Source: Macrostomum lignano (taxonomy: Eukaryota). Taken from it: DNA of 57,121 nt. This document shows, piece by piece, positions 1 to 12,630 of the stretch (within the stretch, counting starts at the first letter, position 1; each line of letters begins with the position of its first letter). A program made the position numbers and the translations under genes. The notes beneath the pieces are model-generated. The model searched no databases and was not told the DNA's origin. It worked only from the letters and a program-made list of their open reading frames with translations. The stretch spans positions 1-57,121 of the forward strand of contig NIVC01004167.1 of NCBI GenBank assembly GCA_002269645.1, in the 5' to 3' direction.

Positions 1-1249
1 CCATCACCGGAATTCATTCCCTGAATTATCCATCAACTGAAATTCCATGTCTTGAATCCCATCTTCCAAATCGTCTCCAAATTCTTTACAAACTCTTTCA
101 AAGACCTTAGCTCAAAGACTCTACGTCTCTCATATCTACTCTCTCCTCTCTTCGCTATTATCGTGACTCGCTTCTCTCTCCTCTCTCTCATCTCATCTCT
201 ACCCCTACTCTCTTATTATCTCTACTCCTTATTTATCTCTTCTCCTCGTCTTTCGTCTGTACCCTATCCTGTCTACTCTCTATCTCTATCTTTCTCTCCC
301 CTTTTCTCTCCTCTCTCATATCTAATCTCTTAATCACTTATCTATCGTCTCCGCTCTACTTTCTCTCTTCTCTTTTTCTCTTCTCTCTGCCTTCATTTCT
401 CGTATCTCTTATACGCTCTCACCCTCTCCTTTCTTATCTCCCATCTTTCTTCCCTCCTTTCTACTGCATCACCTGTCTCCTCTCTTCTCTTTTCTCTCCT
501 CTCCATTCTCTTCCTCTACTCTCATCTCCCCTCATCTCTTCTCTAATCTCTAATCTCTTCTCTCTCTTATTTTCTCACTCATCTCTTTTCTCATTGCATC
601 TCTCATCTCTCCTCTCTCTCTCTCTCTCTCATCTGTACTATCTTTTTTATCTCTTCTCCCAGGTCTTTCAAATTTACTCTCTCCTGTCTCCTCTCTCCCT
701 CGTCTTTCCTCTCTCATATCTCTTCTCTACTCACTTATATATTCTCTCTCCTCTGCTCCCCTTTTACACTTTCCTATATGCTCTCACTCTCACGCCTCCC
801 TTTCTTATCTGCTGTTTTTACACTCCTTTCTACCACCTGTCTCCTCTCGTTTCTCTCCTCTCTGCACTCTCATCTTTACCCTCTTCTTTCTCCTCACTAC
901 TTTCTTCTCTTAAATCTCTGATCTCTGATCTTTCATCTCTCTCCTCTCACCTCTCACCTCTCTCCTCTCTTTTCCTCTCTTCTATTGCCTCTGTACGCTC
1001 TGTCCCTCCTTTCTTCTCCATCCTGTCTCCTCTCTGCAATCTCATATCTCCTCTCTCATATCCTCTCCCTTCATCTCCTCTCTCCTCTTCTCTCTCTCTC
1101 CTTCGTTCCCGCCTTACTTTCCTCTTCTCTCCCATCTGTCATGTCTAATCTCTCCACTCATTTCTACTCTGTTTTCTATCATCTCATCTTCTTTCTTTTC
1201 ATTCTTCTCTTTACTCTCTTCTCTGACTGATTGAAGATGCCAAATCCAT

Positions 1250-1720
1250 CAAGATCCTCTCCGCGAAGCAGAAATCCTGTCCGTGCAACTGAAAACCATC
1301 GAAATCCTCTCCGTGAAACTGGACTCCTTCGAAATCCTCTCCTTGAAACTTAAATCCATCAAAATCGTCTCCATAAAACAGAAATCAATCATAAATTATC
1401 TCCGCGAAACAGAAATCCTCTCCGTGAAGCTGAACATCATCGAAATCCTCTCCGTGAAACTGAACACCTTCGAAATCTCTCCGTGAAACTGAACACCTTC
1501 GAAATCCTCTCCTTGAAACTTAAATCTATCAAAATCGTCTCCATAAAGCAGAAATCAATCATAAATTTAACTCCGCGAAACAGAAATCCTCTCCGTGAAG
1601 CTGAACATCATCAAAATCCTCTCCGTGAAACTGAGCACCATCGAAATCCTCTCCAAGAAACAGAAATCCTCTTTGTCAAAATTAAAACATTGAAATCGTC
1701 TCCGCTAAACTGGACTCAAT
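1250..1720. repeat. 30-bp internal tandem repeat of the array unit (GAAATCCTCTCCGTGAAACTGAACACCATC-like); counterparts at ~3930-4050, 6180-6500, 8400-8710, 10830-11110
   Basis: GAAATC starts at 1442 and 1472 (period 30); copy number differs between units. Confidence 0.85.
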
Positions 1721-4700
1721 CAATTTTTCCGTCAAACAACTCAACTCTCCGGATTCATTGGTTAGGGTTAGGGTTAGGGTTAGAACTACGCACAGCTTCG
1801 TGTTAAAAGGCACTGATAAACTATTGAACTAATTGAATCAATTCATTGCGCAACCGATTTCACAGTCAGTCAGTATCAGTCTCAGTTAAAGTTAACAAAA
1901 ACATTGCGCAATCTAAATCAACCCTCCAATACAAAGCAACTGACCCCCTTCCTATACACAGCGCCAGTTGGAAGTCGAAACCCCCAACTTTATCTCTCAC
2001 CTCTCGCCAAAATGAGTACAATCTTTGCAGAAAGTTTAAAGTATGGAAATAGTTTTTGCAATGCAGAGCTTTTAGTTTTCATATTTAAAGCAAACAATTT
2101 ATATCCCTGAAATCAGCTTTGCAAGTTCTTTCCAGCAATATAATTTTTTTCTCTCAAAGTTAAAAACTCGAGCAAACAGTTTGCGTTTGAAACTTTCTGA
2201 TTTAAAGCATTGAAATATCGATTGTACGTTCACTGCCTGCTAAAGAGGCCCGCAAAGTTTATGCATTGAATTTCAACGTTCAACAAAATCACAGGGCTGC
2301 CTATTGAAAATTAGAACACAAATCTTTGCGCAATTGTCTATACAGTCAGCCAGTGAGCCAGGGTCCGATTGTACACAGGCAGCCATTTAGAACGCCCCAT
2401 CCCCCCACTGGAGAGAAAATACACTGCAGAGATAGGGAAAAGTTGTGGCGCAATCACTTGAAATTCATGCAAATTTTCAGCTCCAAGCAGAAAGAGGGGA
2501 CAATTAAGATTATCAAAGGTCAAGACCGCCGTTTTCTGCTTTTTTGAGGATTTTAGAAATTAAAATTTCAGAATTAAAATAGCCTATAGCCGACCTCGGA
2601 TAATTTCCAATCTTCCCATATAAGTTTCAACGCTGAGTTGCAAGTATTCTAGGAGGAGTTGTCGAAATGACAGACAGACACACAGACAGACAGACAAACA
2701 ACGCGTCAACTTTAGTATATACGAGTGGAACTCCTCCTTCGGAGGAGAAAGGGGAAGAACTCCCATCACCGGAATTCCATTCCCTGAATTATCCATCAAC
2801 TGAAATTCCATGTCTTGAATCCCATCTTCCAAATCGTCTCCAAATTCTTTACAAACCTTTCAAAGACCTTAGCTCAAAGACTCTTACGTCTCTCATATCT
2901 ACTCTCTCCTCTCTTCGCTATTATCGTGACTCGCTTCTCTCTCCTCTCTCTCATCTCATCTCTACCCCTACTCTCTTATTTATCTCTACTCCCTCGTCTT
3001 TCGTTGTACCCTCTCCTGTCTCTTGTCTCCTCTCTTCTCTCATATCTCTCCTCTTCACTTCTGTCTCCTGTCTCCTCTCTTATCTCTTCCTCTTCTCTCC
3101 TCTCTCATATGTCATCTCTCCTTACTTATCTATCGTCTCTCTTAACCCTCTCTGTCTCTCTTCTCTTTTCTCTCCTATCTGCTTCTCATTTCTCATATCT
3201 CATATACGCTCTCACACTCTACTTTCTTGTCTCCTATCTTTCTTTCCTCCTTACCACTATCCCCTGTCTCTTCTCTTCTCTCTTTTCTATCCTCTCCATT
3301 CTCTCTTCTCTCCTCTCCTTTCTCTTTTCATCTTCTCCCCTCTCTTCTCTAATCTCTAATCTCTTCTCTCTTATGTTCTCACTCATCTCTTTTCTCATCG
3401 CATCTCTCATCTCTCCTCTCCTCACTACTTTCCTTCTCTTAACTCTCTTATCTCTGATCTTTCATCTCTCTCCTCTCTTCCTCTCTTTCTTCTCCTTTCG
3501 CTTCTCTCTCCTCTCTCTCCTCTCATCTCTACTACCTTATTTATATCTTCTCCTGGTCTTTCTTCTGTACTCTCTCCTGTCTCCTTTCTCCCCTCTTTTC
3601 TCCTCTCTTCTCTCTCCCCTCCTCTCTCATTTCTCATCCCCCATCTCACTTTTTCGTTCTCCTCTACTCTCCCCTCTCTTCTATTTCCTCTGTATGCTCT
3701 TATCCCTCATCTATTCTCTCTCCTATAATCTCTCTTTTCTCCCTTTGCTATCTCATATCGCCCCTCTCATATCCTCTCTCCTTCGTCCCCGCCTTACTCC
3801 CCTCTTCTCTCCCATCTGTCATGTCTAATCTCTCCACTCATTTCTACTCTGTTGTCTATCATCTCATCTCTTTTCTTTTTTCATTCTTCTCTTTACTCTC
3901 TTCTCTGACTGATTGAAGATGCCAAATCCATCAAGATCCTCTCCGCGAAGCAGCAATCTTGTCTGTGCAACTGAAAACCATCGAAATCCTCTTCGTGAAA
4001 CTGAAAACCATCGAAATGATCTCTTTAAAACTGGACTCAATTGAAATTTTCTCCATCAAAAAGAATAAAATATCAGGATTCATTGGTTAGGGTTATTGTT
4101 AGGGTTAGGGTCAGGGTTAGAGCTACACACAGCTGCGTGTCCAAATAAAAAATTGAACCAATTGAATCAATTGATTACGCAACCGATTTCTCAGTCAGTC
4201 AGTATCAGTCTCAGTTAAAGTTAAAAAAGATTGCGCAATCTAAATCAACCCTCCAATCCACAGCAGTAGTGAGAAGTTGAACCCTCCCCCAACTTTATCT
4301 ATTACGTCTTGCAAAACTGAGTACAATATTTGCAAAAAGTTAAAAGTATGGAAATAGTTTTTCAAATGCTGTGCTTTTTCTTTTCATATTTAAAGCAAAC
4401 AATTTATATCCCCGAACTCAGCGTTGCAAGATCTTTCCAGAAATATAAGTCTCTTCTCTCAAAGTTTAAAACTCGAGGAACAGTTAGCGTTTGAAACTGT
4501 CTGATTTATAGCATTGAAGTTTGGAGTGTACGTTCACTGCCTGCTTGCAAGTTGATGCATTGAATTTCAATGTCCAACAAATACACAGGGCTGCCCATTG
4601 AGAGGCAGGAAAACTTATCAGTAGCCATATCATTGCGCAATTATCTATACAGTCAGCCAGTAAGCCAGGGTCCAAGTGTACACACGCAGCCACTGAGAAC

Positions 4701-7442
4701 GCTCCCACCCCCACTGGAAAGAAAATACACTACAGAGATAGGGAAAGTTGTGGCGCAATCACTAAAAATTCGTGCATTTTTTCAGCTCCAAGCAGAAAGA
4801 GGGGACAATTAAGATTATCAAAGGTCAAGACCGCCGTTTTCTGCTTTTTTGAGGATCTTAGAAATTAAAATTTCAGAATTAAAATAGCCTATAGCCGACC
4901 TCGGATAATTTCCAATCTTCCCATATAAGTTTCAACGCTGAGTTGGCACTATTCAAAGAGGAGTTGTCGAAATGACAGACAGACAGACAAACAATGCGTC
5001 AACTTTAGTATATGTAGATAGATAGATAGAGAGTGGAACTCCTCCTTCGGAGGAGAAAGGGGAAGAACTCCCATCACCGGAATTCCATTTCCTGAAATAT
5101 CCATCAACTGAAATTCCATGTCTTTAACCCTATCTTCCAAATCGTCTCCAAATTCTTTACAAAATCTTTCAAAGACCATAGCTCAAAGACTCTCAAGTCT
5201 CTCATATCTCCTCTCTCCTCTCTCTCATCTCATCTCTACCCCTGCTCCCTTATTTATCTCTTCTCCCTCGTCTTTCGTCTGTACCCTCTCCTGTCTCTTG
5301 TCCCGTCTCTTCTCTCATATCTCTCCCTCTTCTCTCCTCTCTCATATGTCATCTCTACTCACTTATCTATCGTCTCTCTTAACCCTCTCTGTCTCTTCTC
5401 TTTTCTCTTCTCTCAGCTCTCATTTATCATATCTCATATACGCTCTCACACTCTACTTTCTTGTCTCCCATCTTTCTTTCCTTCTTTCCACTATCCCCTG
5501 TCTCTTCTCTTCTCTCTTTTATATCCTCTCCATTCTCTCTTTTCTCCTCTCCTTGCTCCTTTGATCTTCTCCCCTCTCTTCTCTAATCTCTAATCTCTTC
5601 TCTCTTATGTTCTCACGCATCTCTTCTCATCGCATCTCTTATCTCTCCTCTCCTCACTACTTTCCTCTCTTAACTCTCTCATCTCTGATCTTTCATCTCT
5701 CTCCTCTCTCCTCACTCTCTTCTCCTTTCGCTTCTCTCTCCTCTCTCTCCTCTCATCTCTACTACCTTATTTATATCTTCTCCCTGGTCTTTCGTCTGCT
5801 CTCTCTCCTGTCTCCTTTCTCCCCTCTTTTCTCTTCTCTTCTCTCTCCTTTCCTCTCTCATCTCTCATCCCTCATCTCACTCTTTCTTTCTCCTCTACTC
5901 TCCCCTCTCTTCTATTTCCTCTGTACGCTCTTATCCCTCATCTATTCTCTCTCCTATTATCTCTCTTGTCTCCCTTTGCTATCTCATATCTCCCCTCTCA
6001 TCTCCTCTCTCCTCTTCTCTTCTCTCTCCCTCTTCGTTCCCGCCTTACTCCCCTCTTCTCTCCCATCTGTCATGTCTAATCTCTCCATTCATTTCTACTC
6101 TGTTTTCTATCATGTCATCGCTCTTCTCTTTTCATTCTTCTCTTTACTCTCTTCTCTGACTGATTGAAGATGCCAAATCCATCAAGATCCTCTCTGCGAA
6201 GCAGAAATCTTGTCTGTGCAACTGAAAACCATCGAAATCCTCTCCGTAAAACTGGACTCCTTCGAAATCCTCTCATTAAAACTTAAATCCATCAAAATGG
6301 TCTTCATAAAACAGAAATCAATTATAAATTATCTCCGCGAAACAGAAATCCTCTCCGTGAAGCTGAACATCATCGAAATCCTCTCTTCGTGAAACTGAAC
6401 ATCATCGAAATCCTCTCTTCGTGAAACTGAACATCATCGAAATCCTCTCCACGAAACAGAAATCCTCTCCGTCAAAATTAAAACGTTGAAATCGTCTCCG
6501 CTAAACTGGACTCAATCGAATTTTTTCCGTCAAACAACTCAACTCCGGATTCATTGGTTAGGGTTAGGGTTAGGGTTAGAACTACGCACAGCTTCGTGTT
6601 AAAAGGCGCTGATAAAAATATTGAACTAATTGAATCAATTCATTGCGCAACCGATTTCACAGTCAGTCAGTATCAGTCTAAGTTAAAGTTAACAAAAACA
6701 TTGCGCAATCTAAATCAACCCTCCAATACACAGCAGCAGTGAGAAGTTGAACTCTCCCCCCAACTTTATCTATTACGTCTCGCAAAACTGAGTACAATTT
6801 TTGCAGAAAGTTAAAAGTATGGAAATAGTTTTTTTAATGCTGTGCTTTTTCTTTTCATATTTAAAGCAAACAATTTATATCCCTGAAATCAGCTTTGCAA
6901 GTTCTTTCCAGCAATATTAATTTTTTCTCTCAAAGTTAAAAACTCGAGCAACAGTTTGCGTTTGAAACTTTCTGATTTAAAGCATTGAAATATCAATTGT
7001 ACGTTCACTGCCTGCTAAAGAGGCCCGCAAGTTTATGCATTGAATTTCAAGGTTCAACAAAATCACAGGGCTGCCTATTGAAAATTAGAACACAAATCTT
7101 TGCGCAATTGTCTATACAGTCAGCCAGTGAGCCAGGGTCCGATTGTACACAGGCAGCCATTTAGAACGCCCCATCCCCCCACTGGAGAGAAAATACACTG
7201 CAGAGATAGGGAAAAGTTGTGGCGCAATCACTTGAAATTCATGCAAATTTTCAGCTCCAAGCAGAAAGAGGGGACAATTAAGATTATCAAAGGTCAAGAC
7301 CGCCGTTTTCTGCTTTTTTGAGGATCTTAGAAATTAAAATTTCAGAATTAAAATAGCCTATAGCCGACCTCGGATAATTTCCAATCTTCCCATATAAGTT
7401 TCAACGCTGAGTTGCCACTATTCAAGGAGGAGTTGTCGAAAT

Positions 7443-7474
<32 letters not shown>

Positions 7475-10400
7475 ACGCGTCAACTTTAGTATATACGAGT
7501 GGAACTCCTCCTTCGGAGGAGAAAGGGGAAGAACTCCCATCACCGGAATTCTATTCCCTGAAATATCCATCAACTGAAATTCCATGTCTTTAACCCTATC
7601 TTCCAAATCGTCTCCAAATTCTTTACAAAATCTTTCAAAGACCATAGCTCAAAGACTCTCAAGTCTCTCATATCTCCTCTCTCCTCTCTCTCATCTCATC
7701 TCTACCCCTGCTCCCTTATTTATCTCTTCTCCCTCGTCTTTCGTCTGTACCTTCTCCTGTCTTCTGTCTCCTCTCTTCACTCTTATCTCTCCCTCTTCTC
7801 TCCTCTCTCATATGTCATCTCTACTCACTTATCTATCGTCTCTCTTAACCCTCTCTCTCTCTTCTCTTTTCTCTTCTCTCTGCTCTCATTTCTCATATTT
7901 CATATACGCTCTGACACTACTTTCTTGTCTCACATCTTTCTTCCTCCTTTTCACTATCCCCTGTCTCTTCTCTTCTCTCTTTTCTATTCTCTCCATTCTC
8001 TCTTTTCTCCTTTCCTTGCTCCTTTCATCTCTCTCCTCTCTCCTCACTCTCTTCTCCTTTCGCTTCTCTCTCCTCTCTCTCCTCTCATCTTTACTACCTT
8101 ATTTATATCTTCTCCCTAGTCTTTCGTCTGTACTCTCTCCTGTCTCCTCTCTCCCCTCCTCTCTCATCCCTCATCTCCTCATCTCCTCATCTCACTCTTT
8201 CTTTCTCCTCTACTCTCCCCTCTCTTCTATTGCCTCTGTACGCTCTTATCCCTCATCTATTCTCTCTCCTATCATCTCCAATCGGTCATGTCTAATCTCT
8301 CCACTCAATTTTACTCTGTTTTCTATCATCTCTTCTCTCTTCTCTTTTCAGTCTTCTCTTTACTCTCTTCTCTGACTGATTGAAGATGCCAAATCCATCA
8401 AAATCCTCTCCGCGAAGCAAAAATCCTGTCTGTGCAACTAAAAACCATCGAAATCCTCTCAGTGAAACTGGACTCCTTCGAAATCCTCTCCTTGAAACCT
8501 GAATCCATCAAAATTGTTTCCATAAAACAGAAATCAATCATAAATTATCTCAGCGAAACAGAAAGCCTCTCCGTGAAGCTGAACATGATCGAAATCCTCT
8601 CCGTGAAACTGAACACCATGGAAATCCTTTCGTGAAACTGAACATCATCGAAATCCTCTCCACGAAACAGAAATCTTCTCCGTCAGAATTTAAACATTGA
8701 AATCGTCTCCGCTAAACTTGACTTAATCGAATTTTTTCCGTCAAACAACTCAACTCGCCAGATTCATTAGGGTTAGGGTTAGGGTTAGAACTACGCACAG
8801 CTTCGTGTTAAAAGGCACAGATAAAAATATTGAACTAATTGAATCAATTCATTGCGCAACCGATTTCACAGTCAGTCAGTATCAGCCTCAGGTAAAGTTA
8901 ACAAAAGATTGCGCAATCTAAATCAACCCTCCAATCCACAGCTGTAGTGAGAAGTTGAACCCTCCCCCCAACTTTATCTATTACGTCTTGCAAAACTGAG
9001 TAAAATATTTGCAAAAAGTTAAAAGTATGGAAATAGTTTTCCAAATGCTGTGCTTTTTCTTTTCATAGTTAAAGCAAACAACTTATATCCCGAACTCAGC
9101 GTTGCAAGATCTTGCCAGCAATATAAGTTTCTCCTCTCAAAGTTTAAAACTCGAGGAACAGTTAGCGTTTGACACTGTCTGATTTATAGCATTGAAGTAT
9201 CGAGTGTACGTTCACTGCCTGCTTGCAAGTTGATGCATTGAATTTCAATGTCCAACAAATACACAGGACTGCCCATTGATAGGCAGGAAAACTTATCAGT
9301 AGCCATATCATTGCGCAATTATCTATAAAGTCAGCCAGTGAGCCAGGGTCCAATTGTACACACGCCGCCAATGAGAACGCGCCCATTCCCCCACAGGAGA
9401 GAAAATGCACTGGCGACATAGGAAAAAGTTGTGGCGTAATCACTCAAAATTTATGCCAATTTTCAGCTCCGAGCAGAAAGAGGGGACAATTAAGATTATC
9501 AAAGGTCAAGACCGCCGTTTTCTGCTTTTTTAGGGATCTTAAAAATTGAAAATGAAAGATTAAAATAGCCTAAAGCCATCCTCGGAAAATTTGCAGTTTT
9601 CCCATATAAGTTTCAACGCTGAGTTGCAAGTATTCTAGGAGGAGTTATCGAACTGACATACAGACAGACAAACAACGCGTCAACTTTAGTATATACGAGT
9701 GGAACTCCTCCTTCGGAGGAGAAAGGGGAAGAACTCGCATCACCGGAATTCCATTCCCTGAATTATCCATCAACTGAAATTCCATGTCTTGAACCCCATC
9801 TTCCAAATCGTCTCCAAATTCTTTACAAAACCTTTCAAAGACCATAGCTCAAAGACTCTTACGTCTCTCATATCTACTCTCTCCTCTCTTCGCTATTATC
9901 GTGACTCGCTTCTCTCTCCTCTCTCTCATCTCATCTCTACCCCTACTCTCTTATTTATCTCTACTCCCTTATTTATCCCTTATTTATTCTCCCTCTCCTG
10001 TCTACTCTCCTATCTTCTATCTTATCTCTCCCCTTTTCTCTCCTCTCTCATATCTCATCTCTAATCACTTATCTATCGTCTCCGCTCTACTTTCTCTCTT
10101 CCCTTTTCTCTCTTCTCTCTGCTCTCATTTCTCATATCTCATATACGCTCTCAACCTCTCCTTTCTTATCTCCCATTTTTCTTCCCTCCTTTCTACTGCA
10201 TCACCTGTCTCCTCTCCTCTCTTTTTTCTCCTCTCCATTCTCTCTTCTCTCCTCTCATCTACCCTCATCTCTTATCTAATCTCTAATCTCTTCTCCCTCA
10301 TATCTCTTCTCTACTCACTTATCTATTCTCTCTCCTCTGCTCCCCTTTTACACTTTCCTATATGCTCTCACACTCACCCTCTCCTTTCTTATCTCCTGTT

Positions 10401-11169
10401 TTTTACACTCCTTTCTACTACCTGTCTCCTCTCGTTTCTCTCCTCTCTGCACTCTCATCTTTACCCTCTTCTTTCTCCTCACTACTTTCTTCTCTTAAAT
10501 CTCTGATCTCTGATCTTTCATCTCTCTTCTCTCACCTCTCTCCTCTCTTGCCTCTCTTCTATTGCCTCTGTACGCTCTTATCCCTCCTTTTTTTCTCTCC
10601 TGTCTCCTCTCTGCTATCTCATATCTCCTCTCTCATATCCTCTCCCTTCATCTCCTCTCTCCTCTTCTCTTCTCTCTCCTTTGTTCCCGCCTTACTCCCC
10701 TCTTCTCTCCCATCTGTCATGTCTAATCTCTCCACTCATTTCTACTCTGTTTTCTATCATCTCTTCTCTCTTCTCTTTTCATTCTTCTCTTTACTCTCTT
10801 CTCTGACTTATTGAAGATGCCAAATCCATCAAGATCCTCTCCGCGAAGCAGAAATCCTGTCCGTGCAAATGAAAACCATCGAAATCCTCTCCGTGAAACT
10901 GGACTCCTTCGAAATCCTCTCCTTGAAACTTAAATCCATCAAAATGGTCTCCATAAAACAGAAATCAATCATAATTATCTCCGCGAAACAGAAATCCTCT
11001 CCGTGAAGCTGAACATCATCGAAATCCTCTCCGTGAAACTGAACACCATCGAAATCCTCTCCACGAAACAGAAATTCTCTCCGTCAAAATTAAAACATTG
11101 AAATCGTCTCCGCTAAACTGGACTCAATCGAATTTTTTCCGTCAAACAACTCAACTCCGGATTCATTGG

Positions 11170-11203
11170 TTAGGGTTAGGGTTAGGGTTAGGGTTAGGGT
11201 TAG
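11170..11203 (+). repeat. Interstitial telomere-type (TTAGGG)5 tract inside unit 5; equivalents at 1762-1783, 4087-4120, 6558-6579, 8767-8788
   Basis: Directly visible TTAGGG repeats at the same internal position of every unit. Confidence 0.95.
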
Positions 11204-12570
11204 AACTACGCACAGCTTCGTGTTAAAAGGCACTGATAAAAATATTGAATTAATTGAATCAATTCATTGCGCAACCGATTTCACAGTCAGTCAGTATCAG
11301 TCTCAGTTAAAGTTAACAAAAACATTGCGCAATCTAAATCAACCCTCCAATACACAGCAGCAGTGAGAAGTTGAACCCTCCCCCCAACTTTATCTATTAC
11401 GTCTCGCAAAACTGAGTACAATTTTTGCAGAAAGTTAAAAGTATGGAAATAGTTTTTTAAATGCGGTGCTTTTTCTTTTCATATTTAAAGCAAACAACTT
11501 ATATCCCTAAACTCAGCGTTGCAAGATCTTTCCAGCAATATAAGTCTCTCCTCTCAAAGTTTAAAACTCAAGGAGCAGTTAGCGTTTGAAATTTACCGAT
11601 TTCCCGACTGCTTGCCTGAGAGGCTCGCAATTTTGTACATTGAATTTCACTGCCAAGCTAATACACAGGGCCGATAATAAAAAAGCTAACCAATCGAATC
11701 AATTGATTGCGCAATATATTTCTGTGTTAGTCAGTATAAGTCTCAGTTAAAGTTAACAAAAAGTTTGCGCAATCTAATCAACCCTCCAATACAAAGCAAC
11801 TGACCCCCTTCCTATACACAGCGCCAGTTAGAAGTCGAAACCCCCAACTTTATCTCTCACCTCTCGCCAAAATGAGTACAATCTTTGCAGAAAGTTTAAA
11901 GTATGGAAATAGTTTTTGCAATGCAGAGCTTTTAGTTTTCATATTTGAAGCAAACAATTTATATCCATGAAATCAGCTTTGCAAGTTCTTTCCAGCAATA
12001 TAAATTTTTTCTCTCAAAGTTAAAAACTCGAGCAACAGTTTGCGTTTGAAACTTTCTGATTTAAAGCATTGAAATATCGATTGTACGTTCACTGCCTGCT
12101 AAAGAGGCCCGCAAGTTTATGCATTGAATTTCAAGGTTCAACAAAATCACAGGGCTGCCTATTGAAAATTAGAACACAAATCTTTGCGCAATTGTCTATA
12201 CAGTCAGCTGGTGAGCCAGGGTCCGATTGTACACAGGCAGCCATTTAGAACGCCCCATCCCCCCACTGGAGAGAAAATACACTGCAGAGATAGGGAAAAG
12301 TTGTGGCGCAATCCCTTGAAATTCATGCAAATTTTCAGCTCCAAGCAGAAAGAGGGGACAATTAAGATTATCAAAGGTCAAGACCGCCGTTTTCTGCTTT
12401 TTTGAGGATCTTAGAAATTAAAATTTCAGAATTAAAATAGCCTATAGCCGACCTCGGATAATTTCCAATCTTCCCATATAAGTTTCAACGCTGAGTTGGC
12501 ACTATTCAAGGAGGAGTTGTCGAAATGACAGACAGACAGACAAACAACACGTCAACTTTAGTATATATAG

Positions 12571-12630
12571 AAGATAGATAGAAGATAGATAGATAGAGAT
12601 AGATAGAAGATAGATAGATAGATATGATAG
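12571..12630. repeat. Degenerate (GATA)n tract abutting the array terminus
   Basis: AAGATAGATAGAAGATAGATAGATAGAGATAGATAG... Confidence 0.85.

Larger units (their letters stand above)
1..12571 (-). mobile_element. Head-to-tail tandem array of 5 non-autonomous Helitron-like (rolling-circle) units; boundaries ~2720/2721, ~5030/5031, 7494/7495, 9694/9695, end ~12571; unit 1 truncated by window edge
   Basis: The same block (GACAGACAAACAACGCGTCAACTTTAGTATAT | ACGAGTGGAA CTCCTCC-TTC-GGAGGAG) recurs at each junction. On the - strand each unit ends in a 7-bp GC-rich hairpin followed by CTCG(T), and the array begins TCTATATATACTAAAG. This layout (TC start, subterminal GACA microsatellite, 3' hairpin plus CTNG) matches Lep1/HINE-type Helitrons. 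No Rep/Hel ORF. Units are about 2.76, 2.31, 2.46, 2.20 and 2.88 kb. Confidence 0.7.

Noticed and set aside
1283-1806. LRR-like peptide IEILSVKLNT repeats
   Set aside because: Product of a 30-bp tandem repeat; no ATG, and frames break differently in each unit.
52-10814. Long Leu/Ser-rich and Arg/Glu-rich ORFs in the array
   Set aside because: These are translations of CT-rich low-complexity DNA, which is stop-poor by composition; frames are not conserved between units.
1762-11203. True telomere or chromosome end
   Set aside because: The tracts have only 3-5 repeats and are embedded internally in repeated units.
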